Positions 1 through 14,145 of a stretch of DNA of 64,000 nucleotides are shown here, in pieces; positions within the stretch are counted from its first letter, which is position 1; the number at the start of each line of letters is the position of its first letter. The position numbers were made by a program, and so were the translations under genes. This stretch comes from Zancudomyces culisetae HAW-14-8. Its lineage: Eukaryota; Fungi; Kickxellomycota. The stretch is from positions 2,666,001-2,730,000 of the forward strand of contig JBNJNM010000006.1 in the NCBI GenBank assembly GCA_052426225.1, read 5' to 3'. The notes below the pieces were generated by a model, which was not told where the DNA came from, made no database searches, and worked only from the letters and a program-made list of their open reading frames with translations.

Positions 1-656
1 CCACCAAATACTGGCGTAAATTTTGCTGGATTCTGCTTCATTCCGTAACCATCATATGTAACATCGGATAAGCCTCCATTTGTTTCTGAAGATCCGTCGT
101 TTGAGTGCCGGGGCAATCCAGAAATGTTTGCAGTCTCCATCTCGACGGTCCTTGTACTCATTTCATATAACGACCCAAGCTCTTTAATGCTTTTCTTTTT
201 TGAGATATACAGTTTATCCTTATACCCATTATTTGTTTCTAATGTATCTTTTACACACGGTAAGTTTGCACTTCTGCTATTTTCCCGAGCTTTTCTTTCT
301 CCTTGAGTTGACTTGTTTCGGTTGGCTCGCCAAAGTAAATTTTTTATTCTTGTACCATTGGGCAGTAGGCACGAAGATGCAGTATATAGTTTGTACAGTT
401 TTTCAAGATTTGAGTACTCGTTATACCTGTCGTTACTTCCACACCCTCCAAACCCCAGCTCATTGCTGTGTAGCCACATTCTCATTAATACCGAAGGCCA
501 GTCCTCGGTTTTGCTCCTACTACATTTTATACTTTGCAATTGTGAATACAAAGTATTTGACGTTTGCTCAAAACGTGTTTTCACCAAATTGTACTTGTTG
601 GTGGTTCTAGTTTCACCGCCGTGGCTATTGCCATTCATTGTGCTTACTTGAAACAT
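1..656 (-). CDS. 5' part of a DUF1752 (AreA/Gat1 N-terminal-like) domain protein, probably a fungal transcriptional regulator; runs off the window start
   Basis: Frame is open from ATG at 656 to base 1 (absent from the ORF track because it is truncated). It encodes LEKLYKLYTASSCLLPNGTRIKNLLWR, resembling the DUF1752 consensus LWxLYx..LPNxxRxxNLxWR. No GATA zinc finger lies in the window. Confidence 0.7.
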   Translation of the reverse strand, partial: MFQVSTMNGNSHGGETRTTNKYNLVKTRFEQTSNTLYSQLQSIKCSRSKTEDWPSVLMRMWLHSNELGFGGCGSNDRYNEYSNLEKLYKLYTASSCLLPNGTRIKNLLWRANRNKSTQGERKARENSRSANLPCVKDTLETNNGYKDKLYISKKKSIKELGSLYEMSTRTVEMETANISGLPRHSNDGSSETNGGLSDVTYDGYGMKQNPAKFTPVFG

Positions 657-3600
657 TATATTGCTACTGTGTTTAGTTCTGGTGTTTGATACTGCAATAT
701 TTAAACCTTTATGCCTTGCGCCTTTCTTTGGTGTTTTATGTCTATTATGTCTCCAGTATTATTTTGTTTATGTGCCAAAATCTAATAACCTCTTTAATTA
801 ATTTCAGTTGCTTTTTCGCATTGCTTTATTAACTTGTTGATTTCTAGAATCTAAATTCTGTATTCCTTTTGGCCTTGATATTATTTTTAGCGTAAAACAA
901 GTAGATACAGCCAATTTCCCCGTTTTTTTAGTATATGCTTATGATTTATGCACTTTGCAAGTTGCTAATTTGTACCTATTTTTCTTTCAAGCTTTAATTT
1001 ATCACTTATGTTGAACGTACTGGATTAAATATCGTTCTTTATTATTGATATGATCGTTTTTAGAGTCTTGGTATGATTATCTATACTCCAAAACTCTTAT
1101 ATATAACATTTACAATTGCTCAAAGCAAAATTATTAAATATTAGCAAGCGAGAAATTAAAGAAAAGTAAATCGATGTTTTATAGCGAAAAGCTATTAACA
1201 CAATAATTATTATTCTACCACTTTTCAAGGGTGGTTTGACCAGCTAACAGAAATTTGTTGTTGCGTAATAAAACAATAGCACTATAAATTAATTTCCCTT
1301 GTAATTTATAATCAAAAGATTGGGAAAAACACGGACGACATTGCCAATTAACGGCATTTTCACCATTTAGAAAAAAGAAAAGAATTTTGTGCACATCAAA
1401 AGAGTTGAGCTTTATCAAGTATCTTTGTTCTTTTAGATAGTCATCGCATTTTACAAGTAAAAGATAATGGTTATCTTTTTCTGTTTTTTTCGTCCTTCAA
1501 GGCTGTAATTTCCTCATATGGAACTTGAACAAAGAAAAATATAAACACAGTTACCAATTGTGGTGGCTTTAATTTGATGACTATTTTAGAATCGCAATTA
1601 TACTTCATAAAATGGGCTAATGATGAACTGGAGGAACTTGGTATTTCATAGTTCCAGCCCTTTTAGCCCAACATCCACGCATACATGTTGCGCTCTTAAA
1701 AGACAAAGTAAGGATCGCGATATCACGCACCATGAGATTATAATTGGAAGAAAAAGAAATATATACCATATTTGCAGTACCAGCTAACCCAATCATTTTA
1801 TGATTTGCTTGTACTCAAACATGAATACAAGCAAGATTGTACTCTTGTTTACTTTACTTTTACCTTTACCTTTCACTAATGATATAGAAAAGGGGAGGAG
1901 CAGTGATGATGGACAGTGGAGGCGGAGAGCATTAAAGTTGGTTGTAAATCATGTGTCCATTTCAAATAACCTTGGCCGGTTACTCAATTATAAAAATAAA
2001 ACAAAAAAGCCATAGAACAAATTGTCCACGATATCGATTGTGGATAAGCAACTTTTGCACACACTTGCCTCGCCCATTTACCCTATCTCCCTCCCTTTTG
2101 ATAATTCTCTTTTCTGGGCTCTTTCAAAAAGTGTTCCAAGAATTAGACCGAAATCTAAATTTCCTTTTCAAATGGGTCCGGTTCCTTGACTAAAATTTTT
2201 TAAACACAAAGAGATGATGGTACTGGTTTTTAGCACAATCGCTGGGATTAAGTTTTTTGTGTTTGCTATTCCTACAAGAAAAAATAAATATAAACTTTAG
2301 TTTGGAAATTATTTTTCATTCGTTCATCATTTCACATCATGATTTCCTTTTTTGGTAATAAAAATTAACGAGGTTTTTCATGATTTTGGTATTTACCGCA
2401 AACATTTTGTTATTCACTCTGAAACGCCCATTGGCTAAAATTATCTTCCTCACTTTTCTTATGACTGATAAATTTGTAAAATAAAATAAAAGTCGTACAT
2501 ACACATGACTTGGAGGGTGATAATATGGTAGTATTTCGCTCAAAAAAATAATAAAGTAAAAAACACACACGCATTTTTTCGTATTTCACTTGATTTATAA
2601 ATAATTTGATGTCTCATAATATAAAATGTCCTTTGCATGAGCTGGTAAGTGAATATCAGTTATTGCTTATATATGAATGGATGCAAGAAAGGGATGCACA
2701 TTCAAATGATGTGTAACAGTCTGCAATACAATTGACTAATCTACACAATTTGCTTAAGTTGCAAATTGCTTTTTGGAATATATGTATAAGGACGGTTCAT
2801 CCAACCACAATTTTTTTGATTTTCCTCTATATATCTCGTTCATTTGCTATACAATAATTCTAAACTGTGTACCAATTTTAAATTGATTAGTGCCGCACCA
2901 ATTCTATAAATCGTCATTCTCATCCTTTCCCCAAACTAATGTACGTATATAAAATGGTATACCGAAAGAATGGCAATGCAATCAATCTCTATAAACACAT
3001 TTATGCGTATATTGTATAATACTCTGGGTTGTCTAAAAAAAATTTTACCTTGTTTAGGGCGCAGCAAAGAATACAGCTATTTGATCCAAATAAAATATAA
3101 ACATATTATATATTTAGTGGATCAATGTGTATATGCTGTTGTTTCTTGTTTTCTCTAACAAAAAATACCCTCAAGATATTTAGATTTATAGCAGCTAAAT
3201 TATGTATATTGGTAGTACAAAACATTGTATACTTACTATGCATTGCATATTACTATTAGTATACTACGTATTCTTTATTTTAGCTTTTTGTTTCCAGTAG
3301 ATATAAATCAATTCTTTTAAACCCAGTTTTCATTTATTTATTTAATCATCTTTTCCTCCTTTCCTTCTTCACACCCCCCTTGATTTCTAGTTGTTTCATT
3401 TCTGACATGTGAATTTTGTGTTCACGACAACATAAACAGCCAATTATTTTACAAAGTCAAGAGAAAGGTGAAATTTAGGTTTAGATGAATAGTGACAAAA
3501 AAAAGCTTGATATTTTTGGATATTTAACGTAGTGACCAGGAAAAAGTATAGATCCAAAGAAAAGCACAGCGCCGATTACGTTTACTGGTCAAGTATACAT

Positions 3601-3891
3601 TTTATTATTTTGGCACTGATATATTTGCAAACACCAACTATTATCAACTAGCAATATCAGTACCAAGTGAAAAAGAATTATAATGGAAATAAGGGGAGGG
3701 TGTGAGAAGAGCATTAGAGCTGGAATTGAAAAAGTTGATCATACCACTTTTTTTAATATTGGTTTTTGTTTGCCAATTTTAGACAAAAAGGGAAACGAAA
3801 TGCACGATTTATTATATAAAATGTAAGCATTAAAATATAGCGAGGAGAATGAGAAGGATACTGAGCTAACAGAAAAGAGAGAAGAAGGTAT

Positions 3892-3946
3892 GGGGAATGG
3901 GAGGGAGCGAAGGGGGGGGGGGGGGGAGTGTGAGGAGTGGGGAGGG
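3892..3946 (+). repeat. G-tract cluster with a G15 run (3912-3926), potential G-quadruplex upstream of PHYHD1
   Basis: ggggaatgggagggagcgaa-G15-agtgtgaggagtggggaggg read directly. Confidence 0.6.
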
Positions 3947-4663
3947 AATGAAGATATCAAAAAATAGCCGAGCACGATGAAAAAAAAATAGCGTTGAATG
4001 TTTTACAAGGAAATGGGTAATTTTTATGACCTATTGTTAGTGTGGGGTTTGGTAACTTGATCCACTACTCAGATCAAATTTGAGGAATTCCAAATTATTT
4101 GAAAGCTAACTAGAGAGATAAGTCATATCAAGAGCTATAAAAAAGGGTGTGTGGTGAGAGAAAGAGAGAGTGTGTGTGTGATATAGGAAAGGAAAGGCAT
4201 ATAGAGCTTTTAGACATATATGGGGGGCATTTGGGAGGAATTTACAAGTTTAAAAAGTTCTCCTTGATTTGATTTTTATTGGTAATTTATAGGATTTTTG
4301 AAAATATTGCCTCATTTTTTTTATGTCATCAAACCATGAAAATTATAAATTATAAAACAATATCCGAATACTTGTAAAAATTTTGTAGTATTTTTTGGAA
4401 TGGAATGGATTGGATTGGTAAGTGCTTGTTAACATTAAGAATATTATAATCACAGAATGAAAAAAAGGGGGTAGAAATAAGATAGGAAATAAAAGGAACA
4501 AAGATATAAATCTGCAAGAATATAATTTGTAACATATTTAAAAGGCAAAGAAAAAAAAAAGAAAAAAAAGAAAAAAAAGTATAAAATATATGAAAATTAC
4601 TAGGATACAATAAATTATTTTGAAATAGTAAAAAAAAACACATAGGAAAAAAAAGAGAAAACA

Positions 4664-5665
4664 ATGGTATTGAGTAAAGAAAAGGTCCAAGAAATAGTTG
4701 AAACTTTCAACAAGCAGGGATGTGCAATAATTCCAGACTTTCTTGATCAACAAAAGGTGAGCGAGCTATTGGGAGAGGCTAGTAACCTCCTTAGTCAACT
4801 AGATGTCACAACACATCCTATGACGGTATTCAGTACTGGTACAGGAGAAGAGAAGAAACATATTGGAGATGATTACTTTTTGACATCAGGGGACAAAATA
4901 AGGTATTTTCTTGAAGAAGGAGCAGTAAAAATTCCACAATCCAACAACAGCAATGATGGCAGTGGTAATGGTGAGGATATTAAGCCACAACTTTTAGTTC
5001 CAAAAGAAAGAGCTGTCAATAAAATTGGACACGGAATACATATGCATTCCAAGCCATTTGAGGGAATAACACTGAACGAAGATGTTCGACAGCTGGCAAG
5101 AGAAGTTGGAATGGTTGATCCACTAGTACTACAATCAATGTTGATTTTCAAACAACCCGAGATTGGAGGAGAGGTCCCCCCACACCAAGACTCGACGTTC
5201 TTGTATACATCACCAAAACAATCTGCAGTTGGATTTTGGTTTGCACTGGAGGATTGTACCCTGGAAAATGGATGTTTGGAGTATCTTCCTAAATCACATG
5301 TTGTGCCAGTTACCAAAAGAATGGTTCGAAATCCTGCAGGTAGCGGAACTGTGTTTATTGATGTTGCATCCGATACAGTAACCGACCGAGACCACCCAAC
5401 ATCCTCGCCCTCAAATGATGCTGAAAGTAACGATGAAAGCGAAGATTTGGCGCTCCAACGTAGGTTTGGTGCATATGTACCAATTCCCGTCAAACGCGGT
5501 TCGTTGGTATTGATTCATGGTAATGTGTTGCATAGATCCAAACCCAATCTATCACCAGACTCTCGGTGGATTTACACATTCCACTGTATTGACGGGCAAT
5601 ACGACTATGACGAACGAAACTGGCTACAGCCAACTAAAGAAAGTCCACTTACTAAACTCTTTTAA
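4664..5665 (+). CDS. PHYHD1: Phytanoyl-CoA dioxygenase domain protein (PhyH family Fe(II)/2OG dioxygenase)
   Basis: 333-aa intronless ORF with DDYFLTSGDKIRYF, NKIGHG, QSMLIFKQPEIGGEVPPHQD (HxD), GFWFALED and LIHGNVLHRS (distal His). Confidence 0.92.
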   Translation: MVLSKEKVQEIVETFNKQGCAIIPDFLDQQKVSELLGEASNLLSQLDVTTHPMTVFSTGTGEEKKHIGDDYFLTSGDKIRYFLEEGAVKIPQSNNSNDGSGNGEDIKPQLLVPKERAVNKIGHGIHMHSKPFEGITLNEDVRQLAREVGMVDPLVLQSMLIFKQPEIGGEVPPHQDSTFLYTSPKQSAVGFWFALEDCTLENGCLEYLPKSHVVPVTKRMVRNPAGSGTVFIDVASDTVTDRDHPTSSPSNDAESNDESEDLALQRRFGAYVPIPVKRGSLVLIHGNVLHRSKPNLSPDSRWIYTFHCIDGQYDYDERNWLQPTKESPLTKLF

Positions 5666-5856
5666 TTTCTAGGAAACTGAATTTTTTTTCTTGTTTTTGA
5701 TGATATATATATTTATATGAAGTGTAATTTGGTTTGTGGTACAAGAAAATAAAATGTGAGGTTTATTATTTATTATTTACTTGTATGCCAGTTTTTAAAG
5801 ACAAAAAATATTAAATAATGATACAATAATAAAAAAAACAAAACAAAGTAGAAAAA

Positions 5857-8800
5857 CTAAAAGTTGAATAAGTTGTCAAGTTCAGAAGGAGAAAAGACAG
5901 AAAAAGTAGTGGCATTGGCGTTAGTATTACCAATACTATTAGCGTTAATGTTAGCGTTAGCGTTAGCGTTAGAATTAGTAGTAGTAGTAGTAGTAGTGGG
6001 TGATGAAATGGACTTTACATTAGAATCGACATTGGAAGAAGTGGGAGACGAAGAGTTGGTATTTTGAAGAGTAAGAGTTTGATCAGACATTTCAATATGA
6101 CCAAAAGAATCGGGATCAAAGTTTAGACCGAAATCCATATTGGGAACAATAGGATGAAGATGTGATTGAGTTTTTGAGTTGGAGTTGGAGTTGGAGTTGG
6201 AGCTGGAGCTGGAATTTTGGCTGAGGTTAGGGGTATTATCAGAACCAAGACTTAAACCAAGATCAAAATTATTTTTGCTGGATGAGGTGTTGGCCGTCAT
6301 GTTAGTAATAGTAGTGAGGTTACTGGTACGTTTATTATGGTAATTGAGGGAAGAAGTTAAATCGATATTTGGAGTAGTAGTGTGAGAACTACTGTTGTTA
6401 CTTATGCATGCAAAAGTAAAAGATTGATCGTTTGTAGGATTGGGGGATTGTTTTTCAGGATTTGAGCTGTAAAACAGGTCGGATAAAGAGACATAAGGGT
6501 TGTTGGAAAACCTATGAGTAAAAGCGCCATTAGAACCAAGATTAAAATGGGTATCGTTGTTGGCACTAGTAACAGTACCACTATCAGTACTATTAGCAGC
6601 AGTGGTGGTAGAAATAGCAGCCAGTGCATCTAGAGAATAGTCAATGAAGGACATGTGACTACGGTTACCATATTGATCGTAAACACTCATGGTGGCAAGA
6701 GTGTTACGGTTGTTTGGATGAGAATTGCTAGGAGTAACCATAGAAAAAGTGGAAGAAGCAGCATCGAAATTGCCGGATAAAAGGTCGCTGTTAGTTGGCA
6801 AAGCAGGGGAATTCCCAAGAGAAGAAATACTTGATTTTGGATTCAGGAGGCCGTTGAAGCGTTGCATTAATCTTGGTTTTTTAAACATAAAAGCAGGTTG
6901 GGAATGAGGTTGAGAAGAATTTGTAGAAAGATTACCAAAAGGATGACTGGGTTCATTTGGAGAAGTAGAGGTAGAAGGAGGAGGAGGGGAGGAGCCATGT
7001 ACAAGATAACCAGATAGATTGTTGTATAGACAGGAAATATCACCTAGATACAAAATGCATTGATGAGCAGAGGGAATAGAATCCAATACAAAATCGTTGA
7101 TTTTTACATTGGTAGATTCAGATAGGGGAGAGATAAAGGGATCGGGTTGTAGAGGTTGTAATAGAGATGAAGGTGAATGTGGTAAAATAGGAGTAGGGGA
7201 AATGGAAGGAACGGAGGGAGATGATTCAATAACAACAAGCTGTTCTTTTGAAGGAGCAGAATAGTCATCAAAGAAAGAACCAACAATAGAACGGTAAGCA
7301 GACCGAGCAGAATCAGCCTCCTCTGCAGGAATTTCAGTGGAAAAATTCAAAGCGACACAGAGCAGCTGTGAAGAACAGTGGCGCAGAAAGTCGCGGTTTA
7401 TCAGAACCAGCCGTCTGAATAGAATGTCGGTAGCAGACTGTAATAACTCTACTAGCTGTAAAAGCTCATTTTCACCCGGCTTGTTAGAATTATTGTTGTT
7501 GTTTTGTTCAGTTTCTGCATCCGAAGTCGAGTTTTGACCCATTATGGCCATCATCATTGTTTGCTGATTTAACTGTAGTTGCAACTGTGGTTGTTGTGAT
7601 TGTTGTGATTGTGATTGTTGTGATTGTGATTGATCATCTAGTGCTGTCTTTTTTGCCACCTGGCAATACTTTATCAAGTTTAAAATTGGAATATATACTT
7701 GCTTTTGTAACTTTTGATGTAGAATCTTTGGATACGAATTATTGGTTAGTTGAGCCGTTTTAGAGCTATAGTTTTTGAGTACTTGAAGTGAAGATTTGAT
7801 AAACTGGTCACGTGCTAGACTATAACTATTGTTATTACTGTCAGTAGTATTTGTAGTATTGGTGGTGTTTGTGGTAGCAAAAGTGCTAGTTGAAGAGCGT
7901 TTTGAATTGTTTTTATCAGAGACAAGACCAATAGAAGTAAATATGCTAGCTATTGAATTGTTAGGAGGAGGTGGGGAAATAGGGGTAGCAGGTGTAGTAG
8001 CAGAGGGGTTGTTGGGATTGGTGCTTGTTAAAAAGTTGGTTAGACATATATTTTGATGATGTATAAATGCCAAATAATGACGATACTTTTCTTCCCAAGC
8101 ATGAACATAATTCAGCAACAAAGAAAGATAGTTGGAAAGACCCAAAAATTGATTTACAATAGCAGTATGCGAGTTTCTGGGGATTGATGTTGTAGAGATG
8201 GATTTTTTAGAGATTGGATTGTTGTTTGGGTCAGTTGAGATTAAAGAAGAATTGGGCGCTGGCATAAAACTTTTTCGGTGTTTTTTGGATATTGATATTC
8301 CTCCAAGAATACTAATATTAGAATTGCTATGGCTATGGCTATGACTAGATTGGGAATGAGAATGAGAGTTGTAATCTGAAATACCATCTTGTGATAATTT
8401 CAAGTCATTTACATTTTCTGCAACCAATTGGTACCGTTTTGCAGCTAAAGAATAGTACACTTTACTTTCATCATTTGTATTCTCTGCCAATCGGGTCAAC
8501 AACAAGTGATATTTCAATACTCGTTGAACTGGTTTAATCAATAACGAACGTAAATCCCAACTTGATGTTCGTCCTGCTAATAATGCTTGCTGAGTATGCA
8601 AAAAATCCACTACCGACCGACAATAAGCTACATTAAATACTTTCGATTCTCTATTGCTGTTATTATTATTACAATTTTCACCTTCACCATTATTACTATG
8701 ATTGTTGTTGTTACCAATAAAGGTTGTGCTTGGTCGCATTAATTGTAAAACACTTAGTGCTCTTGTAACTGTCTTGCCTCCTCCACCACTTCCATTATGA

Positions 8801-11800
8801 TTGTTATTATCATCGCTATTTGTTGATGTGCCATTACCTGCTATATTAGTAATTCGTGAAAGCGTATCTAACGCTGTTTTGAATCCACTACAGTACTTGG
8901 AATACACACTTTCTGCTCGTTCAGCAATTGTAAGAAACAGTAGTGACATGGTTTGAGGTTCAGGTTTATTACCTTCATTTTCTTTACTATTGTTTGCTTT
9001 TGCTTTTGTTTTTGTTGGTTTGTTCTTGATCAATTCGCTACGTATACAAAGTTGCATTTCTAAAATCATCCAGTGTGATAGTTTGATTACTTCCTCTAGG
9101 TTGTTAAAAACAAGTTTTGTATCTTCAGCATCAAACCCACTACCAATGTTAAATCCCTTAAATCCTTTAAACCCTTCAAATCCATTTCCGTTTCCATTCC
9201 CACTCCCTTCTCCTCTGTCCATATTATTCTCCACACTTGGCTGGTAATATACTTCATGTAATAACAATAAATCCGATAAATAGCTAATTTCTGTCTCGGC
9301 TATTTCGCGAATAATTTCTCCCCGCTTACTTGCCTTCATCATTTCATAATTCTTTTCGATTTCTCGTTGTAATTCGACTATTGCTTCTCGACACTCACTA
9401 TCCTTTTGTGAAAGTGATCGTCCTCGTTGTATCATTGCATTTATTTTTGCCTCTACTTCATCCTCCTCCTTTTCTTTTTCCTTTTCCTTTTGAATCTCCC
9501 TTTCTTTTTCTTTTTCTCTTTCTCTTTGCAATTCTTTTTCTACTTTGACAGTAATGTCATCATCCATCGTCATTATTTCCTTCTTTATTTGTTGTTTAAG
9601 CTCTTGGTCATTAAATGATTTCTTTTTACTTTTGCATTCTTGTCTTAATTTTTCTGAGCTTAACAATCTTCCAATATCTTGACTAAGAACTCGACTGCTT
9701 GATGTTCTAACTATTGTACCCAATCCTCCTTCTCCTCTTTTTACTCTATCCTTTTCCTTTTCTTTTTCCTGTTCCTTTTCTTTTACTCCTTGACTCTTGA
9801 ATTCAGTACTACTCTTTTGCTTACTCTCATGCATCTCCTGTCCTTGTCCTTGTCCTTGTTTTTGTTCTTGTTCTTGATCCTTTTCCTGCTCTCGATCCTT
9901 TTCCTGTTCTTGTTCCTGTGCTTGTTTCTCTTCTTCTTTTTTACTCGTTTCAGTTTCAGTTACAGTTACATTTACATTTACAGCATTTGTCGCTTTTTCA
10001 AATGCATCAATCACTGCAAAATGTTCTCCTATTCCTTGAACTTGTTTTTCTTTTTCTTCTACTTGTTTCTCAACTACTACTCTCTGTTCCTCTCGAATTC
10101 TACCCTTTCCGCTTTCTTTTTCAATATCATTCCATCTTGTTTTTCCTTGTGCCTTTGATTTTACTATTGCTTTGTATCCTTCTTTTTCTAAATTTGCCCA
10201 CATCCCTCTCGCCCCTGCTACTCCTCCTATCCCTGCTACACCCACTTTCTTTGTATCATTTCGTAATTTCATATCTCCCGCTTCCTTCTTTTCTGTATTA
10301 CTCTCCATCCTTGCTATTCCTACTTTTACACTCTCCTTATTACTATTGTTAGAACCAATCCTTTCTTCTATCCCCTCTTTCTTCATTACCGCCATTGCTA
10401 CTGGTGATTTGTCTTTTATTCCTGTATTAAATGTTGATAATGTTAATTCTGGTAATGCCTTTTCATTCTCCTTGTTATTATTATTCTTGCCGTCAATTTT
10501 ACCAATTGCTCTTTGAATAGTTGATCCTTTCTTTCTAGCATAATTTTTCGGTTCTGTTGTAGCTCCTCCAACTAAAACCTTATTACCATTACCATTGCTA
10601 TTGCTATTACCATTGTTGTTCACTGTATTATTACTATTACTATTACTATTACTATTGCTATTACTGTTGCTATATATACTTTGTTTTTTATCCGTTTGTT
10701 TCGCCAATTCCATCCTCACTTTTATAGACTCGGCTACTTTTCTCGGTCTTGATTGCGACAATTCCATCAATCGATCACTAACTACTACTGGTTGTTTCGT
10801 TACAACTATTTCTTGCTTTTTGGTCGATGGTGTCTTTGATTCAAACATTTCTATCCTCCGCCTTATATCATTCCTTTCCTTTTCCTTCTTTTCCCTTTCT
10901 CTTTCCTTTTCCCTTTCTCTTTCCTTTTCCCGTTCTCTCTCTTTTTCTCGTTCTCGCTCTCTTTCCTTTTCTTTGATTTTATCCTTGTTTTTAATATCAT
11001 TGTCATAAGCTACTCCCCCTGTAACAAACTTGTTTTTCGTATCCAAAAACCCATTTGTTTTTGTCTTTAGTTTCTCTGCTGTTCCTGTCGACCCTGCTGT
11101 TGATAAGGTTGGTGGATTTGTTATCCCCGTTGTTATTGTAGACATGGCTGCTTTCGATCGCAAAGTTCTTATTGATGTAGCTGATGTTTTCACCGATATT
11201 ACTTTTACTGGTGCATTGTTCTGATCGTTGGCACTATTGCCTCGTGAATAGTTGTTTACTCTTTTACCTTGTATACCATCTGTTCTATTTCCATTTTGGT
11301 CTAGTAGCCCCGATCCCATTCTCCTAAATATTCGTCGCTCTGAAGATTGTGCAACCCCATTATTACCTTTCATCTCACCACCGCTATAGTTACTTCTTCC
11401 CCCTCCTCCTAGACCACCGTTAATACTATCACTACTTCTGCTATTACTTCTCCTATTACTATTTCGGCTGCTTCCACGCCCAATCCTTTCATCATCCCCT
11501 CCACCTCTATTCACCAAACTACTTATTGTAGTTGTAGGTCTTGTGATTTCTGGTAACATTGTACTTCTTTCTATAAAACAACTTTTCCTTCTATTTTCAC
11601 GTTCCAATTGGTCTATTTTTCCTTGACTACTTTTCGTCTTTAATAATACTGTTGCACTTGTTAATGTTGTTGATCCAATTGTTGTTACTCTTCTTGATCG
11701 TACAAGCGCTTTTTTCTTGCAAACCGTCGTTGGCTTCTCTTTTACTCTTTCTCTTGTATTTTCCTTTGTTTCTTTTATCTCTCCTGTAGTCGTACTTGTA

Positions 11801-14145
11801 AGAGCCTTCTCAGTACCACTTATCCCTATATCTAATGTTCGTGTACTTGCAGCCCTTTTCCTACCTGCGACTTTGGGTATCAAACTTGCCCGGCTATTTC
11901 GATTGTTTTGTAACAACACCCGTGCTATGTTTTCTGAACTGCTAGTCTTTACCCTCTTTGTATTTTCACTCTCTGTCTCTCTTTCGCGCCCTTTTACTTT
12001 TCCCTGTACCTGTTGCTTTTGTATAGACTCTTTTATTTTGTTGGCGTTACCCCTTCCGATATTACCTTGCCCATTTACTATAGCAATATTTCTCGTCGAT
12101 TCCCTTGTTATCCCTGTTGATTTTCTATTGCTAGCACTACCTCCAGTTGATAATATTTTTTCGACTCGTTGATCCCTTTTATCTTTTGTTTTATCTTGGC
12201 ACCCTCTATTTCATATATCAGTTTTTTTGCTTGTTGTATATTACTATATTCGTGCTTTCTATTAAAATTTCTTGACTTTACTATAATATACTATATTACA
12301 AAATCCGGGTAGTATGTTTCTTTATATTTCTTTTTTGCCTTATTCCTTTAATATATTACTATACATCCGTTATAGAAAAGTGTAAAAATTTAAATCGTAA
12401 ATAGAAGTGATGGCTGCTAATTCATCTGTTTTCACTTTGATTACAATACCACAAAAAAAAACCCATTGGAATTATAAACTCGTTAATTCACCTATTACTT
12501 CCCTTTATTCTCATTAGCATTTTTCGTTTTTTTCATATTCCTTTAATTTTACTTTGATTCGACTAACCTCCCTTTTTTTTTCTCTCCCAAAACCATTGGT
12601 ATTATTACAAATGCTTTTGTTTTTTTTAAATTTTTTTCACCATGAAGAAATTTATTCTCGCACCAAATTTATATAATCCAAGTAATTCCTTTGAAATTGT
12701 TCAATATACCCACAAAAAGATCTTGATTAATTTCTTTAGACGAGTATTACAAAAATACCTTGAAAAAAATAAACTTGGTTTGAAATGTTCTATAGCCGAA
12801 ATTTATCAGTTTTCTTTTTTTCAACAGGAACAAAGTGAAAAGGAAAAAAAAAAGCTGCTTAATTTCATTCTCGATTATACCACCTTTTCTCATCGTGTTT
12901 AATTTATCCACCCCATTCCAGATTGAAACTACTTCAAACTTATTTTATAGTAAATTCAATTGACAAATCACAAGTGTAAATCAAAACAAAGTCAATCATA
13001 ATCCACACTCTACAACCCGTAAAATAAAATAAAAAATTTTCCTTGCTATATCTCAAAAAAAATAAAAATAAAACCATTCAGTCCATTGAATTAATCTAAT
13101 AGTTTTACGTTTACATTTACGTTTACACTTTTATCTATGAGTCTATTGGACTTTTTTTTCCAGGTTTTATTTGGTAATTTAAGATAAAATATCCATAAAA
13201 CTCATTTATAAATTCTCACCAGTTTTTTTTTGTTTATTTATTCATATACGCATTAATAGTTCTTACATTTTTAATCTCAACTAAATCACATCATAGCCCG
13301 ATTTTGTAGTTTTACCATAAATTTTGATAACAACCATCTTTGGAAAAAACAGGACAAGGAGCCCCCACCAACACAACACAACACAGATATTACACCACGT
13401 CACTATACACAATATATCTTGTCCACAACCACATCACATTACATTACATCACGCTGCCCCTCTCACTTGTAAACATGTGTCAAACTATAAATTCACCTTC
13501 CTCCTCCCTCTCACTTTCCTCTCTTCTTCTCTCTTTCTCCTCTACCCCTTGACAAAAGTTTGCCTTGTTATATTTTCCCATCTTAAATAAACTTGTTTGT
13601 ATTATACCTCCCTCCCCCCTCCCCTTTCTTTTATCTCCTTGCTTTTCTCCACACCTTCTGTCATCCACTACAATACAAACACTTCTCCCTTTCCAATAAA
13701 CCAATTCACTCTTTTCTATTTACAGTCAGCGTCATCCCCTTAAAATTCTCAAAGATCAAAACCCGATTGTATTTTTAAACGTACAAAAACTCTCCACTCT
13801 TCCCTCACACTCACGCTCACACTCCCCTAATTACTTTTCCACTTTTTAAATTTTCTTTTGGATGTTCAATATAAATTAAATATACCCGATTTGCATTGTT
13901 TTTTAATTGGTATTGGAATTTTGGATTTACCTTTTTCCATTTTGGAATTTTTCTGTTTCAGCCTCGATATTCTCCTTATTAACCGATATTGTTACATTCT
14001 CCACTGCTCCCTCGCCCTCGCCCTCGCCCTCGCCCTCGCCATCACCCTTTCTCATCCCCCTCTCCTCTCCCTGTCTATTCACATCACCAGCCTCTTCGAC
14101 AATTAGTATTCCCTCGGATTTTGTTTCGATCATAATCGCAGCCAT
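5857..14145 (-). CDS. Giant Dbl-homology RhoGEF (DH plus probable degenerate BAR, Gef1/DNMBP-like), ~2187 aa; model exons 14145-13931 and 12205-5857
   Basis: DH motifs KRGEIIREIAETEISYLSDL, VFNNLEEVI, VYSKYC and WDLRSLLIKPVQRVLKYHLLL. The frame stays open to 12210 with no ATG before 11559. Acceptor CTGAT..AAATAG at 12206 and donor AAAAG|GTAAAT at 13931/13930 are phase-compatible (AG+A=Arg). The exon-1 assignment is inferred. Confidence 0.8.

Noticed and set aside
5864-12172. Many + strand hydrophobic L/F/S-rich ORFs
   Set aside because: Antisense shadows of the purine-rich, low-complexity RhoGEF.
12206-12214. Euplotes-like +1 frameshift at ATG-AAA-TAG initiating the RhoGEF
   Set aside because: The same bases form a typical acceptor (AAATAG with a CTGAT branch motif) and a phase-matched upstream donor exists. 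Splicing is more parsimonious.
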